A DNA stretch of 64,000 nt from assembly GCA_965217775.1 (NCBI GenBank), contig CBDCJH010000002.1, forward strand, positions 2,272,001 to 2,336,000. Reading direction: 5' to 3'. This DNA is from Acidobacteriota bacterium. Lineage in GTDB: Bacteria > Acidobacteriota > UBA6911 > RPQK01 > JAJDTT01. Positions 38,788 through 49,147 of the stretch are shown piece by piece; positions within the stretch are counted from its first letter, which is position 1, and every line of letters starts with the position of its first letter. The notes under the pieces were generated by a model. That model saw nothing but the letters and a program-made list of their open reading frames with translations. It did not search any database and had not been told where the DNA came from. A program made the position numbers and the translations under genes.

Positions 38788-39906
38788 ATGCCAACCCATC
38801 GCTCATCCAAACCGCTGATGGTGCTGACTCTCATGGCACTGGCCAGCGCCGGAACGCTGCCGGCCGAGCCGGCGGGCAAGGCGCCGTGGGCGCGCATTAC
38901 CGAGGACGACAACACCATCAAGATCGAGACCGGCAAACTCGAAGCCGTCATCCCCAAGAAGAACCCCAAGCAGTGGATGACCGGCATCGAAAAGGGATCG
39001 TTTCTCGATAAGCGCACCGGCTTCCGCGAAGCCGGCGACGGGCTCTGCATCGTGGACTGGATCATGGAGCCCGGCAGCGACGAGGCCTGGCAGGAGCAAG
39101 GGACCAAGACCGTTCGTTATCGATACAACAACGACAACCACGGGACGCGGGCCAAGCGCATCATCGAGGGGCCCCAGCTCTGCCACAGGATGAAGCCGGT
39201 CCAACCCCAGGTGATCCGGGGCCAGGATTTCGTCGCCGTAAAGACGACCTACCGCTACGAGTACGCCGCCCCCGGCTACAACGCCGGATCGCAATGGACT
39301 CAGCTACTGGTGTTCCCGAAAGGCAAGCGCTACTTCTTCTCGATGGACAGAATCGACAGCGTCAACGACTCGGACGAAATGTTCCTCCGCGTTGACATGC
39401 CGGGCTGTGTCCGCCACCGGCGCGGCGAGACGTTCAGCGAGATCTACCTCAGTTACCTGGGTGGTCCGGAAGGGCTGCGGATCCCGCCCAGCGAGTTCTA
39501 CGACGTCTTTCCGCCCGATGAAAAATTCAACTACCGGCGAGACACGCACGAAATGCCGGAGCATTTCATCCGCGCCTACCGCTTGCGCGACCCGGAAACG
39601 GGCAAACAGGGTCCGTGGCTGGCAGGTATCACGCTCGAACCCTCCGTCGTCTACGAGGCGTGGTGCAACCAGCGGCCCGGGATCGTGATCTTCATCCATG
39701 AGATTGGGGGCCGGCCGATCAAGGCCGGCGAATCCTTCAGCGCTGCCTTCATCGTCGGCTACTTTGACAGCATCGAGGAAATGCACGCCCTGAATGACCG
39801 CTACCGGGGCCACCGCGCCCTCAGCGTTGACGGATCGGGATGGCGCCTGGAAAAACAAAGGGTACGCCCTGATCAAGGGTATGAGGCTCGTCAATCCACA
39901 AACTGA
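38788..39906 (+). CDS. Secreted hypothetical protein
   Basis: Signal peptide and strong codon bias; no motif recognised. Confidence 0.75.
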   Translation: MPTHRSSKPLMVLTLMALASAGTLPAEPAGKAPWARITEDDNTIKIETGKLEAVIPKKNPKQWMTGIEKGSFLDKRTGFREAGDGLCIVDWIMEPGSDEAWQEQGTKTVRYRYNNDNHGTRAKRIIEGPQLCHRMKPVQPQVIRGQDFVAVKTTYRYEYAAPGYNAGSQWTQLLVFPKGKRYFFSMDRIDSVNDSDEMFLRVDMPGCVRHRRGETFSEIYLSYLGGPEGLRIPPSEFYDVFPPDEKFNYRRDTHEMPEHFIRAYRLRDPETGKQGPWLAGITLEPSVVYEAWCNQRPGIVIFIHEIGGRPIKAGESFSAAFIVGYFDSIEEMHALNDRYRGHRALSVDGSGWRLEKQRVRPDQGYEARQSTN

Positions 39907-41447
39907 AACGCATACAGATCCGCATCTTTCAGTTGGAATTGCAGCCGGACCGGCTTTTCGGCCCACCTGCCGACGTCCCTGCCGGATTTCCAGGTGACAG
40001 CACGGTCATGCGTGTCACCGAAGACTTCATTGCAGTCCGCCATCGAGAATCCTGGTATCGGCGATCCATCGGGACGTCGCAGAGCGACGCGGATACTTCC
40101 AGCACCAGAGGTGGCGAAGTTCAGGTGAAGTTCTTTTCCTGAGAAGGTCAGCGGTTTCGTCACCAGTTGGCCGCCGCTCATCGGGGCACTCACCGAGACG
40201 AAGCCGTCGAGGCGAAGGGTGTAACGCCGCATCGCACTGCTGGTCCCGGTCCAGCCACCCTCCTTCGCGTACAGAGACAGTTCGTTCGGCGCTCCTTTGA
40301 GTGCCGACTTGGTTTCGACGACATGCCAAGCCGTGAATTGATGGCTATAGTTCCAGGTGTCCTGCCGCTCGATTCCGGGACGCAGGAAGGCTTCGTTCCA
40401 GCGTTTGAATCTGACGCCGTCCCGGCTGGCCATGAGCAGCCCTTCCGTGAGCGCCGTACCGTATCGCAGGTTTGCCTCGGCTCGCAGTTCGCGGTGTTCA
40501 CGCTCCGGCAAGGCACGCATCGAATCGGACCAGCCACGTTCCGTATAACGCACCGGAAAGCCAATCAGGATGTGCGGTGCCCGGTAATAGGGTTTGATTT
40601 GATTCGTGTAGAGATGCTCGTCGGGCGAGTCCTCGTAGGTCAGGTCGGCTTCGTCACCCCAGTTGAGGAAGTCGCTGGATGATCCCGTGCGGATGGCTCG
40701 GTGCCCGGCCGGCTTCCAGACCTTTTCCGTGGTGATCCCCGCCGTGAAAGTCCGCCAGTAAGCCCGGTACTTCCCCAGTGTCGGATCCCAGAAAGCCAGA
40801 TTCTGTGAATCGAACGCTCCGTTGGTAATGACCGGTTTGTCGCTAATCAGCGACCAGTGGATGCCGTCGGGCGACTTGAACGCAAACAGGCCGCCTTCGG
40901 CTCGGAGTCCGCCCAGCGCCTTGTAGCGGGCCTCGGCAGGACAGTTCGGACGAAGGTCCTTGAACGGTGTGAAGTTATGAATGCCCACACCATCCCACAC
41001 GATGTTGTTCTGCTTTGAACCGTCGAACTCGAACAGACCGAGGATCGGTTTGGTCCAACCGATTCCGTCCCGGCTCTCCGCATAGCAATAGACCGTCTGG
41101 TGGCGATCCGTGATGAGCCGGCCGTCTTTCACTTCGAGCTGTGACCCGCGATAGTACATCCGGTAGAGGTCGCCATCCTGAAACACGGTATGGTAACCAC
41201 TGCTGGTGCCTTCCCAAGGGGCATCGTGGACAAGTGCGAGCTCACGCGGAATCGGGTGGTGCAGCCGCGATTCGGCCTTCCCCTCCAATCGTTCGATCAG
41301 AAAATTATCGACAAACAGCTCGCGCCGCGAGCCGATGTCGATCCAGGATTCCTGCTGTCGCTTTCCGGCGAAGGAAGTCGAGGGAGCCAGGGCTGTGAGC
41401 CCCAGTGCCGTAGATTGCACGAACTCTCTTCTTCTTATCTGGTTCAT
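39891..41447 (-). CDS. Tat-exported beta-propeller glycoside-hydrolase-like protein (paralogue 2)
   Basis: RRREFV Tat motif; YRMYY, FDSQNLAFWD, SRDG, LRLDGF and DLYAFQF. Confidence 0.8.
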   Translation of the reverse strand: MNQIRRREFVQSTALGLTALAPSTSFAGKRQQESWIDIGSRRELFVDNFLIERLEGKAESRLHHPIPRELALVHDAPWEGTSSGYHTVFQDGDLYRMYYRGSQLEVKDGRLITDRHQTVYCYAESRDGIGWTKPILGLFEFDGSKQNNIVWDGVGIHNFTPFKDLRPNCPAEARYKALGGLRAEGGLFAFKSPDGIHWSLISDKPVITNGAFDSQNLAFWDPTLGKYRAYWRTFTAGITTEKVWKPAGHRAIRTGSSSDFLNWGDEADLTYEDSPDEHLYTNQIKPYYRAPHILIGFPVRYTERGWSDSMRALPEREHRELRAEANLRYGTALTEGLLMASRDGVRFKRWNEAFLRPGIERQDTWNYSHQFTAWHVVETKSALKGAPNELSLYAKEGGWTGTSSAMRRYTLRLDGFVSVSAPMSGGQLVTKPLTFSGKELHLNFATSGAGSIRVALRRPDGSPIPGFSMADCNEVFGDTHDRAVTWKSGRDVGRWAEKPVRLQFQLKDADLYAFQFVD

Positions 41448-41540
41448 TGGCAACTCCATTCTACTGAAATCCCATCCGGACGAGGCCAAGCCCTTCGCCT
41501 TCCGGTTGGTGGAGGAGTGAAGGCACGGCCCGGTTGGCGA

Positions 41541-43667
41541 TCAATCAGCCATTTTCTCTATTTCTTCCGCCGACAGGGCCCGGTCGAACACCGCCACCTC
41601 ATCGAGGCGGCCTTCCCAATTGGACTGATTGTCGCAGCGGCCGCCGAAGAACAAGTGGTCAAACCGGACGGGAAAATCTGCAGGTGACTCGGTCTCGATC
41701 TCGGGCTGGCGCCTGCCATTCAAATGAACCCGCACGGTTTCATCGTCGCGTACGAACACAACCTGATTCCAACTCCAGCGCCGAATCTCCGTACGACCCG
41801 CCACCAGCTTCCCTCCCTCGCCGTTCTCACCGCGGAGGAAGATAAGCTTACCCGGATGACTCGTGCCTCCCAGGCCGAGGTGGTCGCCTTCCAGACCATG
41901 GTCGCGGCCACGTGAGAACATCCAGCCGGCGATCTGGCGAGCATCTGCCGGCATGCCATTCCAGAACCAGAGGGCCACGGAATACTGTTCACCCAGGTCG
42001 GCAATTCGTGCCCGCAGCCGTCCTCCCGCAAAGTGGGCCGCTCGATTCTGTTCATTGTCGCTGCAGTAAGTCTCCGAGCGTGGACCCTCGAGGAAGAACG
42101 CCACACCCGGCTCGTACCGCGCGTCACGATCCTGACCGGACGAATCCAGGGCACGGGAACCAGTGAATTCATCGAGTCGCCAGTAGGCCGCCGGACTGGC
42201 TTTCAGGAGCACGTCGGAGGCGGGACCTCGACTCTGTCGGTACGGATGCCGGGGCCGTGCGGCCACCTTTTCCAACAGTTGGAGGGCGACTTCGGTGATT
42301 TTCGGCTCGGCCTCGATCTCCAGTCCGGCCCCGCGTTTCGCCCAGGTGTTGTAGCCTCCAAGAAAATGCTGTTCGGGTGGCGGAATGTAGCCGTCCCCGC
42401 CGTTGGCCAGATCCATGACCATGGTCTTCGGCAGCGGGCTCTGCAGCTTCAGCTTCAAGCCGGTGAGGGCATAGGTTTCGGTGGGAGTCGTCGCGACTGC
42501 GATGTCGCCGATGCGGAGGGCCTGAACCACGATTTCGGCCGACTGCAGTTCGTGCATGACGATTTGCTCACGGGCGTAGGCTTCCACGCTCACTTTGGGT
42601 ATCCGATCTCCCATCGCTTCCACGATCCGACGGGCCCACTCCAGGCGCTGTTCGTCCGGGACACGATACTTGAGTTCCAGTCGCTTCTCCGCCATGGCCA
42701 AGTCCACATCCTCGCGATATTCGATCGTGCCATAGGCGCCCAGAACGATGTCCACCATCTCCGCCGAGTAACCTTCGATCGTGGGCTCATACCTGGAGGC
42801 CGGGGGCTTTGCGTAATCGCGTCTCCAGATATCGCCGCTGCAGCCGTGTGACATGATCCCCACGAAGGGCGGGCCGCTGTCGTCGTGGTGTTCGCCAAGA
42901 CGGGACTTCAGCCCTTCGCAGAACAATCCGAAGTAATCCGCGCTGAGGCCCTGCTCACCCGAAAAGTAGTGCATGGAAAAGTTGGCCAGCACCGCGATCG
43001 GGCGGCCGTCGAGCGCTTGAAACGAAATCAGCGACAGCTCGGGATCCTCCGGCCCGGAGGGGCCGGTGACGTTGTCCCAGTTGCTGGCGGCGTGCATGGT
43101 CGCGCGTACGGTGGGGTTGCCGAACACGTCGTCGGCAATTCGGTCCGGCCGGCGAATCCAACGCCGCGTGGCCGTGAATTTCTCGGCGTTCACGACGGTC
43201 CAGCCCACTTGAGCGGGTTCGAGGTTCGCTTCCGCCTCGGCCAGGGCTTGGGCGATCCTCCCCGGAAGATAGGGCAGATAAGTCGGCTCAGCGTGCACCA
43301 TGCTATCCGCGACCGACGGCGCGGAGTGCGTATGCGTCGCCGAGATCAGCATTCGATCGGTTCGGATCTGCGTTCGCCGCGCCGCCAGTTGCTTCACCTC
43401 ATCCAAGAACGGACGCTGCATCAAACAACTATCGACAACCACAATCCCGAGACGCACTCGGCCGTCGTCGAGCACGATCGCCCGTGAATTCAATGGGGTC
43501 TTCACCTCGCCGACAGTACGGGCGACGAGGCCGCCGTTGACGACAACAGGTAGCTTCAGGGGTGTCACGTCCACCACCGCCGCCCCAGCCTTGAACTCAG
43601 CCGAAGCGTCTACCGTCGTCAAGACCGACAAGACGCAAAACAGAAGAGGTGCTGCAGGCGACTTCAT
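41541..43667 (-). CDS. Neutral-ceramidase-like hydrolase with C-terminal LamG domain
   Basis: AGAAVVDVTP, ISATHTHSAP, NFSMHY and GYIPP; C-terminal YWRLDE...GRLDEVAVFDRALS. Confidence 0.8.
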   Translation of the reverse strand: MKSPAAPLLFCVLSVLTTVDASAEFKAGAAVVDVTPLKLPVVVNGGLVARTVGEVKTPLNSRAIVLDDGRVRLGIVVVDSCLMQRPFLDEVKQLAARRTQIRTDRMLISATHTHSAPSVADSMVHAEPTYLPYLPGRIAQALAEAEANLEPAQVGWTVVNAEKFTATRRWIRRPDRIADDVFGNPTVRATMHAASNWDNVTGPSGPEDPELSLISFQALDGRPIAVLANFSMHYFSGEQGLSADYFGLFCEGLKSRLGEHHDDSGPPFVGIMSHGCSGDIWRRDYAKPPASRYEPTIEGYSAEMVDIVLGAYGTIEYREDVDLAMAEKRLELKYRVPDEQRLEWARRIVEAMGDRIPKVSVEAYAREQIVMHELQSAEIVVQALRIGDIAVATTPTETYALTGLKLKLQSPLPKTMVMDLANGGDGYIPPPEQHFLGGYNTWAKRGAGLEIEAEPKITEVALQLLEKVAARPRHPYRQSRGPASDVLLKASPAAYWRLDEFTGSRALDSSGQDRDARYEPGVAFFLEGPRSETYCSDNEQNRAAHFAGGRLRARIADLGEQYSVALWFWNGMPADARQIAGWMFSRGRDHGLEGDHLGLGGTSHPGKLIFLRGENGEGGKLVAGRTEIRRWSWNQVVFVRDDETVRVHLNGRRQPEIETESPADFPVRFDHLFFGGRCDNQSNWEGRLDEVAVFDRALSAEEIEKMAD

Positions 43668-43951
43668 GTGATGTTCCCTCCCGGTCGTGGAAGACGGCTA
43701 CACGATGTGGAGCTGAATAACTTGTTGGTCGAACAAATCGACAGCACTGGAACTCCCCGAATTTATGGCTAAATCGACCGCCACAGTTGTATCCTAGCGT
43801 AGTGCGTGGTGAAAGCCGCGTGCGGTCGCGGGGCTTTCAGCGCCAGCCTTCTGGATATTGTCAACATATGATGGGGGAAAACCCGTCCTTCGCGAGCGCT
43901 CTATTCTCGCCTTGGATTTCAGTCACTGGCAGCCTCGAACGAAAAGGGCTG

Positions 43952-45469
43952 ATGCGACGATGCCTGCAGAGCCGGAGATATTCGATACCGCCTGCAGTCG
44001 TGTCCAGCCTCCTGGTCTTCCTCTTCCAGGCTGGGGCCGGGGCCTGGTCTCAGGAGAAGCGACCGGGCGATTCCTTTGCCATCCGCTCACCAGAAATCTG
44101 CGGCGCCGCGAACCGGACGCTCCCCAAGTGGGCATTTGAGCAGGAATCACCAGAGCAGGCTGTGCGGCTGTTGCAGGATCGTCTCCGCTCGAACCCTCAA
44201 GATCCCATGCTCAATTATCAACTGGGAATCCTCTACCAAGCCCAGAATCAGTTCCGGAAAGCCATCGCCCAGTATTGGAAAAGCAGGAGCCTGGATCAGG
44301 ACTCAGATCTTTACTCGCTGGCCCTAGCCTCGGTTTTGTTTCACTGTAAGCAACGGAGAGAAGCCATTCAAGTGCTGCAGACCTTTCTGGTACGGCATCC
44401 GAAGTCTCTCCCCGGTATTCGCTTCCTGTGCCGGATATACATCCGGGAGGGCCAGCATGATCAAGCACTGGCTTTGGCTCAGAAGGGCCTGACGCTGGAC
44501 CCCGGCGACAGCTACGGACATTACCTCTTGGGAGTCAGCCATAAGGGGCTGATGCAATTCGAGGAAGCGCAAGCTGCATTGGAGCAGGCTGTTGCCCTGG
44601 CTCCCTCGTTTGCCGACGCCCGCTTGGAGTTGGGTTTACTTTACAGCGCCGATCACAAGACCTTCGGCCTGGCCGTTGAGCATCTGGAGATGGCGATCTC
44701 GTCAGGATTGGTTCGACCGGATGTTCACAAGAACCTGGGCTTTGTGCTCCTCAAACTGGGAGAGCATCAGAAAGCGGTTGCACAACTGGAGCTGGCTTTG
44801 CAAGGCAGCCCGGATTATGCGGAACCCCATTTTCTGCTGGCTGACGCATTTCGCAAACTGGGGATGAAGGAGAAAGCGGCTGCCGCTCTGAAACGATTTC
44901 AATCTCTGCGGACAGCGGCCCGGGAAAGGCTGGCGGTGGAGAACAGAGGCCCAAGGCTATACGCGCAGGGAATGGACCTCTTGTCCAAGCAAGCTGCACC
45001 GGAGCAGGCCTATGCGGCCTTCCTCAAATCCATTGAGGCTTCTCCCGACATGGATCTGGGTTTCTATCGCCTGGCCCAAATCGATTACAAAATGGGGAAC
45101 CGCCAACGTGCGGCCGATTGGATTCGCCAGGCGATTCAGGTGTATCCGCTTGACGCACGATACCACTTTGTGCTCGCCAGACTCTTGGAGCAAACGCATG
45201 TCGCGGGCTCCCTCGACGCCGTCAAGACGGCCATCGACTTGAACCCGGCGAATGCGGATTACCACAACCTCCTGGGCAACCTACTCTTCAAGCAGAATGA
45301 CTTTCAGGGTGCTGTCCAATCTTATCGCCGGGCTATAGAAATGGACCCCGATGACCCCATCCCTCACCTGAATCTTGCCACTACGCTGCCTAGAATCGGA
45401 GCCGTTCAGGAAGCCGAGAGAGAAAGAGAGATCTACCTCCGACTGACCCGCGGAGGGAATCCCGAGTAG
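43952..45469 (+). CDS. Tetratricopeptide-repeat protein
   Basis: Many TPR units (for example AQAALEQAVALAP and YHNLLGNLL..A..SYRRAIEMDP); start is uncertain. Confidence 0.85.
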   Translation: MRRCLQSRRYSIPPAVVSSLLVFLFQAGAGAWSQEKRPGDSFAIRSPEICGAANRTLPKWAFEQESPEQAVRLLQDRLRSNPQDPMLNYQLGILYQAQNQFRKAIAQYWKSRSLDQDSDLYSLALASVLFHCKQRREAIQVLQTFLVRHPKSLPGIRFLCRIYIREGQHDQALALAQKGLTLDPGDSYGHYLLGVSHKGLMQFEEAQAALEQAVALAPSFADARLELGLLYSADHKTFGLAVEHLEMAISSGLVRPDVHKNLGFVLLKLGEHQKAVAQLELALQGSPDYAEPHFLLADAFRKLGMKEKAAAALKRFQSLRTAARERLAVENRGPRLYAQGMDLLSKQAAPEQAYAAFLKSIEASPDMDLGFYRLAQIDYKMGNRQRAADWIRQAIQVYPLDARYHFVLARLLEQTHVAGSLDAVKTAIDLNPANADYHNLLGNLLFKQNDFQGAVQSYRRAIEMDPDDPIPHLNLATTLPRIGAVQEAEREREIYLRLTRGGNPE

Positions 45470-47182
45470 ATGCGGCGTCGACTCCTGACCGCGGTGCTTT
45501 TCCCGCTGCTTGCCGTCGAAGCTTGGGCCCTGGTCGAATCGCCCGACCCCGGCTCCTCGGTAACCTTTCAGGATGTGACCGCACAAGCCGGTCTCAGTTT
45601 CTTGCACCGGAATTCGCCTACTCTCAAGAGATACGCCGTGGCAACGGTGGGATCGGGATGTGGTTTTATCGACTTTGACAAAGATGGCTACCAGGACATT
45701 TTGCTCATCAACGGCGGCTGGACTCCGGGTACCGACCAGAATCTCTCCTTCGATCACTCCCTTTATCGAAACCGGGGAGACGGCACCTTCCAGGAGGTGA
45801 CCTCCCGGGCCGGAATTGAAGCCAATCAGTACTATGGAATGGGCGTCGCCGTCGGCGATTATGACAATGACGGGTTCGACGATATCTTTATAACCAATTT
45901 TGCCGGTCCCGATCTCCTTTATCGCAATAACGGAAACGGAACCTTTCACAACAGGTCCTTGGCGGCGGGTGTGGGAGGCGATGGCCGATGGAGCTCGAGT
46001 GCAGCCTTCTTCGATTATGACAATGACGGTTTCTTGGATCTCTATGTGGCCAGTTACACAGACCATTCACTTGAGAAGAATAATCCGATCTGTAAACACG
46101 GACCCATCGTGGCCACCTGTGGTCCCGAGGCCTTCAACGGTGTCCCGGATGTCCTCTATCGGAACAATGGCGACGGCACCTTTGCCGAGGTGGGTCAAAA
46201 AGCCCGCGTCGCTCAGTTTGCAGGAAAGGGTCTGGGGGTGGTGCCATTGGATTATGATCGGGACGGCCTGGTCGACATTTACGTGGCCAACGACGGAGTC
46301 GACAATTTTCTCTTCAGGAACCAGGGAGATGGATCGTTTTCCGAAGTGGGGCTGTTGACCGGAACCGCTCTTGACGAGAACGGGGAGCCGCAGGCAGGCA
46401 TGGGAGTCGTAGCTGGAGACTACGATGGGGACGGGCTTCTGGATCTGGCGGTGACCAATCTGGACTTGGAATACCTGGCCCTTTACAAGAACATGGGTGA
46501 CGGCTTTTTTGAAGACATGAGCTCCCGTGCCGGTGTTCTGGCTCCCAGCCGGCCCTTTGTGGGTTTTGGCCTGGGTTTGATCGATGTGGACAATGATTCG
46601 GATCCGGACCTGGTCGTCGCTAATGGCCACATTATGGACAACGCGGCCCAACTGAGAGCAGGGGCATCCTACCGGCAACCCAAACTTCTGCTGGAGAACG
46701 TTGGCGGCCTGTACGAGGACGTCACCTCTGAGCGGGGCGAAGTATTGACGGTTCCTCAGGTCAGCCGGGGCCTGGCCTGGGCCGATTACGACAATGACGG
46801 CGACCTGGACGTGCTGGTCAGCAATTGCGGCGGAAGCCCGGTGCTGTTGCGCAACGAGGGAGGCAACGAAAATGCCTGGCTGCAATTGAAACTGGTCGGT
46901 AGAAAATCCAACCGAAACGGTTTCGGGGCGCTTGTGGAGCTCAAATTTGGCGAGAAACGCCTAGTCTCTCAGGTCACCTCGGCCGGCAGCTATCTTTCGG
47001 CCAGCGACTATCGAGTTCATTTTGGCCTGGGAGATTACGAGGGCAAGGTTGAGATCACGGTTCACTGGCCAAGTGGAGCCCGAGACTATCTCCGAGAGCT
47101 TCAACCTCGGCAGGTTGTCGTGCTGGAGGAAGGAAGCACCAACCACCCAGTGACAGCAGCCGAGGCAAAAGATCCGGGCTAA
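45470..47182 (+). CDS. CRTAC1-family protein (FG-GAP repeats + ASPIC/UnbV)
   Basis: Repeated DYDNDGxxD, LYRNNGDGTF, SNRNGFGA and SYLSASD..VHFGLG; starts immediately after the TPR stop. Confidence 0.92.
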   Translation: MRRRLLTAVLFPLLAVEAWALVESPDPGSSVTFQDVTAQAGLSFLHRNSPTLKRYAVATVGSGCGFIDFDKDGYQDILLINGGWTPGTDQNLSFDHSLYRNRGDGTFQEVTSRAGIEANQYYGMGVAVGDYDNDGFDDIFITNFAGPDLLYRNNGNGTFHNRSLAAGVGGDGRWSSSAAFFDYDNDGFLDLYVASYTDHSLEKNNPICKHGPIVATCGPEAFNGVPDVLYRNNGDGTFAEVGQKARVAQFAGKGLGVVPLDYDRDGLVDIYVANDGVDNFLFRNQGDGSFSEVGLLTGTALDENGEPQAGMGVVAGDYDGDGLLDLAVTNLDLEYLALYKNMGDGFFEDMSSRAGVLAPSRPFVGFGLGLIDVDNDSDPDLVVANGHIMDNAAQLRAGASYRQPKLLLENVGGLYEDVTSERGEVLTVPQVSRGLAWADYDNDGDLDVLVSNCGGSPVLLRNEGGNENAWLQLKLVGRKSNRNGFGALVELKFGEKRLVSQVTSAGSYLSASDYRVHFGLGDYEGKVEITVHWPSGARDYLRELQPRQVVVLEEGSTNHPVTAAEAKDPG

Positions 47183-49147
47183 GTGGGTACTAAGAATGGA
47201 TGAGATCGGCGTTGGATCCGGAACTCATTCCCCAAACTGAAACGCATACAGATCGGCATCCTGCAGGCTAAAGCGCAGACGTATCGCCTGACCCGCAATC
47301 CTGCTCACATCCGTTGAATCGTTCCAGGAAACCGTTCGGTCGATCTCATTCCCGAAGGTCTCATCCGCTTCCGCCAACGAGTAGCCGGGGATCGGACGGC
47401 CCTTGGCGTCCTGTATTTCAACCTTGAGTGTGCCCGCCGCCGAGGTGGCGAAATTCACCTTCAGCTTGCTTCCTTCGAACTTCAAGATTCGGGTCAGCAA
47501 CTCGCCTCCCTGCATCGGCGCCGAGGCTGAGACGAATCCATCCAGGCGCAGGGTGTAGCGGCTCATCTTTCCACCCCTGCCGTGCCAATAAGCCGAGGAG
47601 GCATAGAAGGACAATTCATTGGGGGCCCCGGCTCGGGCCGCTTTCGTTTCCAGCATCTTCCAGGCCACTGTCTGGTGAGCGTAATACCACGAGTCGTCAC
47701 GTTGAATGCCCGGTCGAATGAAACCTTCATTCCAGCGCTTGAACTTCACACCGTCACGGCTTGCCATGATCAGGGTTTCGGTCAAAGCTGTCCCAAAGCG
47801 TTGATGCGAGCTGGCTCTCAATTCCCGTTTCTCGAGGTCCGGAAGAGCTTTCATCGAAGCTGACCAACCCCGCTCGATATATCGTTGCGGTGTTCCCACC
47901 AGGATGTGGGGCGCCCGGTGGTAGGGCGCCACGTTGTTTATGTACATATGTTCTTCGGGAGAATCGACATAGGTCAAATCAGCATGGTTGTCCCAGTCAA
48001 GGAAATCTGCAGAAGTGGCGGTTCGAATGGCTCGGAATCCAGCCGGCTTCCAATTGTCCTTTTCGGTGACGCCGCCGGTGAAGGTTCGCCAGTAGGCACG
48101 GTACCGGCCGATGGTGGGATCCCAGAAGCCAAGGTTGGCAGAATCGAACGCACCGTTGGTGATCACCGGTTTTTCCTGCATCAAGGACCAGTGGATGCCG
48201 TCCGGGGACTTGTAGGCGAACAGTCCGCCCTCTCTCTTGATGCCGGCCAATGCCTTGTACCGTTCCTCCCTCGGGCAGGCGGGGTTCTCGTCGATCACGG
48301 GCATGAAATTATGAGTGCCAATTCCATCCACAATGATGTTGTTTTGTTTCGATCCCTCGTATTCGACGATGCCGAGTTCGGGCTTGACCCAGTGAATTCC
48401 ATCCTGGCTCTGGGCAACACAGGTGACCGGTTTGCCGTCGAATACGAGTTTGCCCGGGAGGGTGTTGAAGTTCCAACCGCGATAGTACATGCGGTAGCCG
48501 TCGCCATCCTGGATTACGGTGTGGCTTCCGCTGGCGTTTCCTTCCCAGGGTGCATCATGTTCGATCACGACCTCGCGAAAGACCGGATGATGAAGTCGAA
48601 GTTGAGCTTTCCCTGAGAGTTGCCCGATCATGAAGTCGTCCAGGAACAACTCGCGGCGCGACCCTATGGGAACGGCCTCATCGGTGCTCTTCCGACCCGG
48701 GCGGGCCAGTAAGGCCGGACGCATGGCAGCAGCTGCCGTTATCAAGGGGATGTGATTCAAAAAGGTGCGACGATTGGTGGTCCCGTTCATTCTCCATCTC
48801 CTCTGCGATGATGACAATCTTCGGTCCTGAAACGCTATTCGGAACGTCGAGTCCAGCCTCCTGACCCGCAGTTCTCACCGGAAACCTGGATACAGGCCGG
48901 GTTCTGTGCTATAAGTTCTTTTTTAACAACAACTTACGGAACCACGGGAGCACAAGCTTATGAACTCGGATTGTACCAGAACCAAGCTCAGTGCCGCGCT
49001 GCTGAAAAAGGCTGCCCTGGGGAGGATCGAAGGGACAGGAATCTGAAATTCTCCATGCCGAAAGTCGGCTCTCTTTTGCTGCTCGCAATTCCGGCGCTCT
49101 TACACCTATGTTCTCCCCTTCTCGCCGGCCCCAGCAGGCTGTTGCTT
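47181..49147 (+). repeat. Direct segmental duplication, copy A
   Basis: Nearly identical to 61861-64000: gene, divergent intergenic region and start of the next gene. Confidence 0.9.
47225..48790 (-). CDS. Tat-exported beta-propeller glycoside-hydrolase-like protein (paralogue 3)
   Basis: NRRTFL Tat motif; same family motifs; closely similar to 39891-41447. Confidence 0.8.
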   Translation of the reverse strand: MNGTTNRRTFLNHIPLITAAAAMRPALLARPGRKSTDEAVPIGSRRELFLDDFMIGQLSGKAQLRLHHPVFREVVIEHDAPWEGNASGSHTVIQDGDGYRMYYRGWNFNTLPGKLVFDGKPVTCVAQSQDGIHWVKPELGIVEYEGSKQNNIIVDGIGTHNFMPVIDENPACPREERYKALAGIKREGGLFAYKSPDGIHWSLMQEKPVITNGAFDSANLGFWDPTIGRYRAYWRTFTGGVTEKDNWKPAGFRAIRTATSADFLDWDNHADLTYVDSPEEHMYINNVAPYHRAPHILVGTPQRYIERGWSASMKALPDLEKRELRASSHQRFGTALTETLIMASRDGVKFKRWNEGFIRPGIQRDDSWYYAHQTVAWKMLETKAARAGAPNELSFYASSAYWHGRGGKMSRYTLRLDGFVSASAPMQGGELLTRILKFEGSKLKVNFATSAAGTLKVEIQDAKGRPIPGYSLAEADETFGNEIDRTVSWNDSTDVSRIAGQAIRLRFSLQDADLYAFQFGE